64,000 nt of DNA, from positions 89,032,001 to 89,096,000 of the forward strand of contig NC_043001.1 of assembly GCF_006345805.1 (NCBI RefSeq), in the 5' to 3' direction. Under the pieces are notes generated by a model, which made no database searches, had not been told where the DNA came from, and saw nothing but the letters and a program-made list of their open reading frames with translations. Numbering within the stretch: the first letter of the stretch is position 1; each line of letters begins with the position of its first letter. Source of the DNA: Octopus sinensis (taxonomy: Eukaryota). Shown here one piece after another: positions 37,676-48,711 of this stretch. Both the position numbers and the translations under genes were made by a program.

Positions 37676-39457
37676 GATCTACCTATATACATACATACAT
37701 ACACAATCTGAAAGTTAAGGAGAGGAACGTAAGCACTTATAATTAGTTCGATGAAACAACAAATTTCAATCGATCAAATTCTCCTTTATTTTTAAAAATA
37801 GGATCATATTTGAAGCTCCAAAATGTTAGGAAGCATTTACAGTCAAAATGAGATGTTTACAACTAGAATTGACCAAATGAAGCTCAGGCAAAAAATGACC
37901 AAATGAATATCTCAGACCTGTCACATGGGCCTGTTCAAACAGAGCTAACAGATCATTTTTCAACATTCTCCTGGCAATGTCTCATAAAGACAAAAACTAT
38001 TAAATGTGTTTACATGCCTGCTTTGTTAAGTCTCGTTAATATCTTGATATTCTAAAAGACTTTAGTCGTAGATCCTTCCACTCTTTGTGAAACATCAGAA
38101 AACAAATGGTCCCTATCCAGTACAATTATAAGCTTTATTATGAACCTTCTCCTAGGTCAGGCCCAAATCTGCCAGGTCTGCTTCACCTCCTCTCTGTTTT
38201 TCAATCAAGAGAGGCTCTCTCTGGTCTCTGGAATGTATAACATATAGCTGAGCATCTTCCTGTCTCACAACAATGGTATCCTGTAGGTTACTCAGCCTGG
38301 CCTTTTCCTGACTTCTACTATCATGATGTGGGTTCATGCTGAGGAATTCAGTTTGGTCCTAAGGCAATGTCTGTGCAAGCCATCTGCAGTTCTAAATTCT
38401 GCAGATCTTTTTTTATTTCTCCCAGACATAGTTCAGCATGAAGGTAAATATATTCAGATGGAGATTGGTGCCTTGATTAGTGAAGGAGTTGGACAATACA
38501 GGCTTCAGGCACTGGAAGAAAGCCCACAGCTTTGTTGAGTCTCTTCTCCTCATCACTTTATGAGTTTCATCATTTGTAATGATACTTCCCTAGCTTTAAG
38601 TATTATCACTAGATGTTACCAAGAAATATAATTGCTGTGGAGTGCAGGTCTTCTTGAGTACAGCAAGGCACCGGGCATCTTGGTCCTTTGTCATCTCGCC
38701 TGAAAGGTACAGTATCCTCAGGTTGTTCTTCAGTACTTTATTCCATGTCTTCTTGGGTCTCCCACTTCCACAGGTTCTATTTACTTTGAAATCTGCACTT
38801 CTTTGTGGAGCTGTCAGCATCCATCTGCAATATTAAATATGTAAAGATTAAAACCAGGTAGCAAGGTCCAAAATATTTATGTAAACAAAACTGAATGTTA
38901 CAGTGATGTTACAGAGTTGATGGAACCAAACTTTAAATTTCTATTTATTTTTTCATCAAACTTACCATTTTGTAGGATTACTACTGGTATTTTGGTTTTC
39001 CTTCAAATCTGTTAGTTTCTGTCAGGCATCTTCATCAAATTAGCTTGGCAGATTATTTCTCCTTTTCTGCATAATATATACCACCATGACTGACCAGGCT
39101 ATCAGATATTGTTACACATCGCTGGTCACAATGCGCTTCACATTGTTTTAGCCTTCAAATGACGCCACCCCGCTGGCTAAGCGAGCAGGCAAACAGAAGA
39201 AAGAGTGAGAGAAAGTTGTGATGAAAGAGTACAGCAGGGATTGCCACTACCCCCTGGAGCTTTAGCTGTTTTCACTCAATAAACACTCACAATGCCTGGT
39301 CTGTCAATCGAAACCATGATCCTATGACTGCGAGTCCGCTGCCCTAACCACTGGGCCATTCAAGTCCATATATATATATATATATATAAAAAAGGAAATG
39401 AAGAAAATGCTGACAAATAATTGAAGTAATTTAAGTAATTTAATTAGGTGAAAGTTC

Positions 39458-39495
39458 TTTTTACCGGTTGCGCATTTGTTATGCTTATCAAAATA
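39458..39495 (-). ncRNA. Mirror copy of the variant hammerhead motif in the Penelope left arm
   Basis: ttaccggttgcgcatttgttatgcttatcaaaat is the exact reverse complement of the right-arm motif. Confidence 0.5.
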
Positions 39496-40211
39496 TAAAA
39501 GAGAGATTAGAGTCTGTCTCTTATATGTGAAAAAAAGGCTCCAGAGTTGTTTTGGATTTGCTTGGTTTCGCGCCTAAAATTTTGATCGGTCATTATGAAG
39601 GGGTCACGTGAATGTTTGAATGGAAGTTGGTGTTGGGGTAAGAAAAAGGCTCCAGAGAAGTTAAAATTTGGCTAGTGTCCCGCCTAAAATTTCTTATTGG
39701 CCATAATAAAGAGGTCACGTGAATGTTTAGAATTTTCGAAAATAGTGTTGTTGAAAATTCTTATTGTTCAGGCTGGTCAGTAGACGTCATGTGGATATTT
39801 TAAATAGCTTTTTAGCGCGTAGTTAGGGAGTGTATTTTCCGCTTGACTGGATAAGTAAGTTCGTTTAGAACAGGGAGAGCTGTATGTATGTATGTGTGTG
39901 CGCGCGCGCGCGCGTGTGTGTGTTTATATGTATGTTGGGGCGCGCGCGCGTGTATATATGTGTATGTGTGTGGGTACAATTTTCAATATTTATAGTTCTG
40001 CTGGCCTTGTGCCTGTATCGGGAAGCAACGTATTTGTGTGAAGTCAATATTTACAGCCATTTCCAAAAAATAGTGTTGGATGTTTTGCACCCGTATTCAA
40101 TTATGTGTATGTGTGGAACCATATATTTGTGTGTGTGTCATGGTGTTAATATCTGGGTAAAGGTGTGTGTAGGGTGTGTGCAGGTGTAAGTGTGTTTGTT
40201 GTGGGTTCGTG

Positions 40212-41754
40212 TTAGGGGCATGTGTTTAGAAGTGGTCTGTATTTATTAATAAGGTGGGATTCCATGGTTATTCGCTGGGTATGAGTGGCATTGTCTTTAA
40301 ATTTGTAGAGGGGAAAGATTCTAAAATTGGGATGGAGTTGTGCGGCACAGGTATCAATATGTGCACTAAATGCTATTTTTCTATATTCTTCCTGTATTTT
40401 TATTTGGGATCTGTGGACAGTCATGCGTTGGCGGAGGCTATTTTTTGTTTGGCCTATGTAGTGTTCATTACAGCCCGAGCAAGTTAAGACATATACTAGG
40501 TTTTCTGATGCGCATGTGAAGTTGTGTTTTACTGTGAAACGTTGTCCTTGTTTAAAAAGGAATTCCGGACCTTCTATTAGGTTGATGCATATACCACAGT
40601 TGGGTCTATTGCATTTGTTTACTGTGGGTTTAGTTGTGGTTGGCAGTACTTTGGCATTTGTTAGGATGGTTTTCAATGATTTGGGTTGCCTTTTGCTCTT
40701 TATGATTTCGTGTGTTAGGAGGATTTGGTTCATTCTATGGTCCTTTTGTAATACAGGAATGTTCTGGAGGATGGTGTCAAAAGCTTCATTGTTGAGGGGG
40801 TTGTGTGTAGAGATGTATGGTAGAGTATGGGGTTTCGATGTAACAGGTTTAGGGCGTCTAAGTTCCTGCGTGCTGAGTTTTAGGGCGCGTTGGATCCCAT
40901 TGTCAATTAGTGACGTGGGGTAATCCCTGCTTGTTAATGTGCCCTTGAGTTCTTGTAGACGTAAGAGACGGGTGTTTTTATTGGAGACTATAGTGCAAAT
41001 TCTCTTGGCTAAGTTGTAGGGAATGTTATTTTAACGTGTCTAGGGTGGCATGAATTGAAAGGGAGGTATTGCTTGGAGTCTGTGGGCTTGTAGTATATGT
41101 CTGTTTCTATTTTTTTGTTGTGAATTTTAATGAGGATGTCGAGGAAGGGAATTTGTTGAGGGCTGTATTCCATTGTGAAAATAATGTTTGTGTTGAGCCC
41201 ATTTATAAGAGTGTGAAATTCGTTAAGCTTCTCGACGGTTTCGGGCCAAAGGATGAAGCAGTCATCAAGATATCTCTTCCAGTTCTTCTCTATGTGTGTG
41301 TGGAGAGTGGTGCCAAATTGGTTAAGAACGTTATTATAGAGGGTGATTTCCAGGTATCCCATGACTAAGTTGGCGTAAGTGGGAGCTGTTTTCGTTCCCA
41401 TTGCCGTCCCTGATTTCTGTCTGTAGAATTTGTTGTTGAAGGTGAAGAAATTATTCTCTAAGATGAATTTGAGTCCTTCTAAAATAAATTCCTTTTTGAT
41501 GCGGTGTGGGAGTTCGTTGGAGTAATTATCCAGCCAGAATTGGATAGCTTCTATTCCTAGGTTGTGGGGGATGTTGGAGTAAAGATTGACTACATCGAAT
41601 GTTACTAGCAGGGTTTGTTCAGCAAGAAGTGTATTGGGGAGGTGGTTGAGCATATCTAGATCGTCCCTTATGTAGCTTTTAATGTGTTTGAGGAACGGCT
41701 TGAGAAGGGTATCAATGAAGTTGCTAAGGCGGTGGGTTTCGCAAGCGGGACCTG
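40212..41754 (-). pseudogene. Penelope-like RT plus GIY-YIG ORF, 5'-truncated at the inversion junction, with one apparent frameshift near 41030
   Basis: The RT frame (ORF 41009-42097, genuine part from ~41754) shifts at RHVK to NNIPYNLAKRICTIVS... and runs into the GIY-YIG ORF 40212-40733, stopping at 40212. Confidence 0.88.
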
Positions 41755-42397
41755 GCCCTAAACCTGTTACATCGAAACCCCATACTCTACCATACATCTC
41801 TACACACAACCCCCTCAACAATGAAGCTTTTGACACCATCCTCCAGAACATTCCTGTATTACAAAAGGACCATAGAATGAACCAAATCCTCCTAACACAC
41901 GAAATCATAAAGAGCAAAAGGCAACCCAAATCATTGAAAACCATCCTAACAAATGCCAAAGTACTGCCAACCACAACAACTAAACCCACAGTAAACAAAT
42001 GCAATAGACCCAACTGTGGTATATGCATCAACCTAATAGAAGGTCCGGAATTCCTTTTTAAACAAGGACAACGTTTCACAGTAAAACACAACTTCACATG
42101 CGCATCAGAAAACCTAGTATATGTCTTAACTTGCTCGGGCTGTAATGAACACTACATAGGCCAAACAAAAAATAGCCTCCGCCAACGCATGACTGTCCAC
42201 AGATCCCAAATAAAAATACAGGAATATAGAAAAATAGCATTTAGTGCACATATTGATACCTGTGCCGCACAACTCCATCCCAATTTTAGAATCTTCCCCT
42301 CTACAAATTTAAAGACAATGCCACTCATACCCAGCGAATAACCATGGAATCCCACCTTATTAATAAATACAGACCACTTCTAAACACATGCCCCTAA
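41755..42397 (+). pseudogene. Second, inverted copy of the Penelope linker plus GIY-YIG domain
   Basis: ORF 41682-42341 repeats PKPVTSKPHTLPYISTHNP...CNRPNCGIC...HYIGQT; a 1-bp frameshift lies near 42297. Confidence 0.85.
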
Positions 42398-43112
42398 CAC
42401 GAACCCACAACAACACACTTACACCTGCACACACCCTACACACACCTTTACCCAGATATTACACCATGACACACACACAAATATATGGTTCCACACATAC
42501 ACATAATTGAATACGGGTGCAAAACATCCAACACTATTTTTTGGAAATGGCTGTAAATATTGACTTCACACAAATACGTTGCTTCCCGATACAGGCACAA
42601 GGCCAGCAGAACTATAAATATTGAAAATTGTACCCACACATACACATATACACACGCGCACGCGCCGCCCCAACATACATATAAACACACACACGCGCGC
42701 GCGCGCGCACACACATACATACTACAGCTCTCCCTGTTCTAAACGAACTTACTTATCCAGTCAAGCGGAAAATACACTCCCTAACTACGCGCTAAAAAGC
42801 TATTTAAAATATCCACATGACGTCTACTGACCAGCCTGAACAATAAGAATTTTCAACAACACTATTTTCGAAAATTCTAAACATTCACGTGACCTCTTTA
42901 TTATGGCCAATAAGAAATTTTAGGCGGGACACTAGCCAATTTTAACTTCTCTGGAGCCTTTTTTCTTACCCCAACACCAACTTCCATTCAAACATTCACG
43001 TGACCCCTTCATAATGACCAATCAAATTTTAGGCGCGAAACCAAGCAAATCCAAAACAACTCTGGAGCCTCTTTTTTTCACATATAAGAGACAGACTCTA
43101 ATCTCTCTTTTA

Positions 43113-43150
43113 TATTTTGATAAGCATAACAAATGCGCAACCGGTAAAAA
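43113..43150 (+). ncRNA. Variant minimal hammerhead motif at the 3' end of the Penelope right arm
   Basis: TTGATAA (U3/A8 replacing C3/G8), GCAT-aacaa-ATGC stem II, GCAA instead of GAAA, palindromic ACCGGT stem III, GUA site; stem I is weak. It lies about 75 bp from the arm end. Confidence 0.5.
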
Positions 43151-43255
43151 GAACTTTCACCTAATTAAATTACTTAAATTACTTCAATTATTTGTCAGCA
43201 TTTTCTTCATTTCCTTTTTTATATATCACCACTCGTGTTCGACATCTCCTTTTTT

Positions 43256-43300
<45 letters not shown>

Positions 43301-43614
43301 TTATGTATATAGTTATAATTCAAGTTTAGATTTAAATTTAAAATTTAAACTGTGCTTTGGGTATGTCCCTAGTAGTATGCCAGCAGAGCACATTCACTGC
43401 ATATGGCTACCTGGTGTTGTCCACAGTAATTGCACAATCATTGCTGGATCTACATTAGGAATTTCTCTGTGTACATTGGGTTTAGTAGAAACAATTGATA
43501 CGGAAGATAGAGTATAGTGGAAACTTTATTTATCACAATGATCATGCTGGATGTGTCAAAATGATTGTTGTGATAAAGTTTCCAATATACTCTATCCTCC
43601 GTATCAACTGTTTC

Positions 43615-43654
<40 letters not shown>

Positions 43655-46600
43655 AGGACCTATTGTCAGAAAATATATGACTTCAAATACAGCTTCATTG
43701 ACAGACAAAATCCTTGTCTCAGTCTATAGCATTTGCTAGTTTCCTACAATATCTACTAATTGCTATTCACTACTCAAATAGTGATCCATGCTGTACTAAA
43801 TTATCCATCAATATTACATATTGTTCAGTGTATATTCATCTGCTTAGCACTCCATAATGTCCTTATTTCTATTGATATCACCCACTGCAGTGTCTCATTA
43901 TCACCTACTAACATTCCAAATTGATCAATAACCAACTATATTCCTCGTTTTTATCCAGGACACTGTCATTGAAGTTCTCTTACTATCACTCGCTGTTGTA
44001 TATAATACTAAATATAGTTCAATAACTTGCAATTATAATGTACTGATCTATTTATCAGAAACCAATAACAACTGGAATCGAAGTAAAGGAAACAAAAAAC
44101 ACCTGTTCATCTGCTCCACTCTCTTGTTAACAGTAAACAACCCTGGGATCAATAATGCTGTGTATATATTATACACACATATATATATGTATAATTGTTT
44201 AATATGTCTGAGTGGTTGGTACATTAAACGTGCACTGAACGATGGACTTGAATACTGTTCAATGGGTCAAACTAACAATTAATATTCTTTGTGACTATTT
44301 TAAGACAGCGAGCTGGCAGAATTGTTAGCATGCCTGGCAAGATGCTAAGTGGCATTTCGTCTGTCTTTACATTCTGAGTTCAAATTCTGCTGTGATTAAC
44401 TTTACCTTTCATCCTTTCAGGGTCAATAAAATAAGTACCAGTTGAGCACTGGGGATCAATATAATCAACTTGCCTCCTTCCCCAAAGTTGCTGGCCTTGT
44501 GCCAAAAAACTTGAAATTATTACCGGTGACTATTTTTGTTTGTTTCACTATTGAAAAAAGGCATCCTAAAAAGGTAGCACATATAATTTTTCTTTTACTT
44601 GTTTCAGTCATTTGACTGTGACCATACTGAAGCACTGCCTTTAGTCAAACAAATCAACTCCAGGGATTATTCTTTGTAAGCCTAATATTTATTCTATCAT
44701 TCTTTTTTGCCAAACCGCTAAGTTATGGGGACGTAAACATCAGTTGTCAAGTGATGAAGGGGTGGGGGACAAACACAGACACACAAATACATACATTATA
44801 TATATATATATATATACATGTATGTATACACACACACAAGGCTTTGGTTAGCCTGAGGCTATAGTAGAAGACACTTGTCCAACGTGCCATGCAGTGGAAC
44901 TGAACCCAGAACCATGTGGCTGGGAAGCAAGCTTCTTACCACACAGCCACTCCTGCACACATATATATATATCTTTTACTTGTTTCATTCATGGGACCGC
45001 AGCTATGTTGGGGCACTGCTTTGAAAGAATTAGTCAAATAAATTATCCTCTAATACTTATCCCATCAGTCTCTTTTGCCAAACCACTAAGTTACATGAAC
45101 GTAGACAAACTGACACTAATTGTCAAACAGTGGTGGGGGGACAAACACAAACACACACAACACATAAGGCATGGCTGTGTGGTAAGAAGCTTGTTTCCCA
45201 ACCACATGGCTCTGGATTCAGTCCCACTGTGTGACAGCTTAAGCTAGTGTCTTCTACAATAACCTTGGGCCAGCCAAAGCCTTGTGAGTGGATTTGGTAG
45301 TTGGTAACTGAAAGAAGCTGTCATATGTATGTGTGTGTCTTTGTTTGTCCCCCATCACCATTTGACAACCGGTGTTGGTGTGTTTATGTCCTTGTAACTT
45401 AGCAGTTAGAATAAGTACTAGGCTTTAAAAAAAAATAAGCCCTGGGGTCGATTTGTTGACTAAAACCTTTCGAGGTGGTGCTCCAGCATGGCTGCAGTCA
45501 AATGACTGAAACAAGTAAAAGAATGTATACAATGGACTTCCTCAAAGTTTCCATCAACCAAATTCACTCACAAGACATTAGTTAGCCAAAAGTTATAGAA
45601 TATACATGCCCAGAGTGCTGACTGGTGGAACTGAACCCAGAACCATGTGGTTGCAAAGTGAGCTTCTTAACTATACTGCCATACATGTGTTCCTTTTAAA
45701 ATCAGGGTACAATTAATGCTTTTCCAGATATAATTTCCTGAAATAATCTCTTTAATGGCTTGGGGCAACAGACAGCAGAAAGGGAAGCTAGAATCAATCC
45801 TATTACAGACTTTTATTAACCCCATCATGGTGGTTCGATCTGACACTACAAAGAGAGAGATGAAGCTAAATACTGTTAAGGCTTAAAGCTAGCATTTAAC
45901 CATTTCTGTCATCATCTTTTATTTATTTAAATGACTTTTTAACAGCTGCAAGGCCGCAGCATTTGTGATAAGGTTTTAGATGGTGTTAGGAAGGGCATCC
46001 AGCCATAAAACCCCTGCCAAAACAAACACAGAAGTCTGGTGCAGGCTCTTGCCTGGCCTGCATCTGTCATATTGTCTAATTCATGCCAGCATTGAAGGCA
46101 GACAATAAATGGTGATGATGGTGATGATATCAACCTCTCTATTTGACACATACTTATTATATGAAATAGTTATGAGACTCATGCATGGCCTACTGTGTTA
46201 CAGCATTAGCAAATGAGGAAATTTATAAATGGCTGCTCAAACTGTTAAAAATAGCAACCAAATCTTTCTCAAATCACAACTTACCATAAAGAAAAAAGAT
46301 GCGTTAGATAAGGTATTCTTAGATAAACAATGTCTGGAAAAAATAGGAAAAGTTTAGTTGGAATGTTATTGATCATGGCTCTACTTACTTAGGACTCGTT
46401 AGTGCTAAGCAGCAAAAAGCATTTACTACATCAATCCCAGAAAAATTAAGTACAATGTCTACCTTAGCTAGATTTGAACTTTGAGCACAACAGAATGTAA
46501 CGAAACATCAGAAACAATTTAATGTGTCACTAATATTTCTATTAGTTAGTTCAAAGATGGTGAGCTGGCAGAATTGTTAGCACACTGGACAAAATGCTTA

Positions 46601-48711
46601 CATTCTGAGTTCAAATTCTGCCAAGGTTGACTTTGCCTTTTGTCTTTTCAGGGTTGATAAACTGAGTACCAGTTGAGTAATAGGGTCAAAGTAATCGACT
46701 TAACCTCTCACCTGAAATTACTGGCCTTGTACTAAAATTTGAAACCAATATTTCTGTTAGCTTCACCAGCTTGTCACAGGATCTCTGGAATAACATTACT
46801 CGGCAAGATTGGATAGTTTCTCCAAGGTGAGCTGCTACTTTTCCTTATTGAAAGGCCATAGCACTGGTACTATGGGGACATGTGGTCAGAATGCCACAGG
46901 AAAAGATTGCAAAATAGGTCTCCTACTGGCTGGCTTAACTGAAAGAATCTAAGAGTAGACCATGAGTAAGCTGACCAGATAATATCCAGTCTCCATTGGT
47001 CATGCTTGAGAATCTAGCAGGAAAGTGTAATGCTGGTTGCTTCTGACAGGATCCTATGAAGGCCTTAGAGTCCTCAAGCCTTCCAAGAATAGTAGGTGGA
47101 GAAGATGGATGGAAGGAAGGACCTTGATTCAAAGTGAGAGTGAATCAGGTCTTCCGACAATTCATCTTCTCTGAGTCCACTGGACATATAGCCAACACTA
47201 TGAGCTAACAAAAGCTCTCATTAATTGCACAGCATTCCTCCTGTTTTTAGTGGTGAGAAGTTTCTACTTGACGTACTAATATACAGTTAGGCAAATTGAT
47301 TCAGACAGAGTTTTATGTAATGTACACTATGCAGGTCAGGAATTGGCAACTTCATCTTGTAATAGTCCACTTCTAAAGTTTTCTTGTTTTTTTTTCATTT
47401 GCCCAAGGCTCACATCACCATAATTTTAATGACCACTTTTCCATGCTCAAATGGGCCAGACAGAATTTGTCATGGCAGATCTTCTACAGCTGAATGCCCT
47501 TCCTGTTGTAAACTCTCACCCATTCCTAAGTAAGGTAGTATTTTCCCATGGCCAGACATGTTTTCATGGAAAATTGGAAATGATGGACACAGCTTATTTG
47601 ATAGTGACACTCTTTACCTCTGATTTATGACTGTGATTGTTCATACTGTAGTTGATAATATTGTTGTTAGTGCTGTTCTCTACATTTGAGCCTGCAGTGT
47701 TTGGAATTAACTCTTTTTCTTCCTTCCTCTCTGTTGTGTGTATGTATATGTATGTGAATGATTGTGAATGCTTATGAGCATCTGTATCTGCCTGCATGAG
47801 TATGAAAGGGCATAGCCTCCTCTGCATCTCTCACATCAATTTTTATGTATTTACTACCTGTGCCCTGTATTTCACCATTCAGGTGATGGTGTGCATATTG
47901 AAGAATATATCGAACAAACTTAACACAATACTTTATATCTTCTTGCCAAAACACTGATAAGGTGAATCAATAAGATAATATCAACTCACCAAATTACTGT
48001 GTCATCTTGTCATTTGATTTACTGAAATATGTGTATGTTTTATAAAGCTTAAATACCAAACATATACTTTGTATTTTATTAATACTGTTACTTGGTTCAT
48101 ATTCCACACATTAGTCTATCCCATAATTTGGTACTCCATGTCTAACCATATAGGATACAGGAATGTGTGTGTGTGTCTGCTATTGTGTCATGTGTAATAG
48201 TTGTATGTCCTCATGCTTATTACTTACTTTTCCTTTCAATTAATTGATGTTCTTACATTTCAAGTTGCTTGCTGCAGTTAAATAAATAACTGAAAGGCAT
48301 TATTTTCAAGAATATGGCTCAAAAGTATCCAAAGATGCAATTTTCTGTAACATGAGAGTGACAATGATATACAGTAAATAACACCTCCTTACATATGACA
48401 CTACTTCCCCAGACCAAGAAAATGATTACCCAGTAACATTAAAGACATGCTGCTAAAAAAATTCTTTCACTATCCACTGGGACAGGTTGCTGAAAGCCTT
48501 TCCCTTATTGATTACAAAATACCAAACCTTCAAGTTATATAAAAACCTTCATATACAAAAAAAAAAAGAAAGAAAACGAAAACAACAACCTGAGAGATTA
48601 AAATTTGTTTTAGTTTTTTTTTGTCTGTAATTCATAATTATGTAATAAAGTCCTGTGTAGAAAATTGATGTAGAAAAATAAAATTCTTAGAATGTACTGA
48701 AGTGTTAATGT

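Larger units (their letters stand above)
39381..43226. mobile_element. Young 5'-truncated Penelope-like retroelement (Neptune-type) with ~1.47-kb inverted arms (39381-40855 and 41755-43226), inserted in (TA)n
   Basis: Minus-strand RT (LVTFDVVNLYSNI, QKSGTAMGTKTAPTYANLVMG, WKRYLDDCF, IPFLDILI, YYKPTDSKQYL) followed by a CNRPNCGIC linker and GIY-YIG endonuclease (NLVYVLTCSGCNEHYIGQT...RMTVHRS). The right arm is a near-identical reverse complement of the 3' part of the left arm. TA microsatellite lies on both sides. Confidence 0.93.

Noticed and set aside
38960-39070. Minus-strand exon-like segment with a GTAAGT donor near 38965
   Set aside because: Stops occur in all three frames; no other support.
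41009-42097. 362-aa ORF as a novel fusion protein (also ORFs 40516-40923 and the N-terminus of 41682-42341)
   Set aside because: Its first ~114 aa are the antisense reading of the inverted GIY-YIG arm running through the inversion junction; only the RT part is real.
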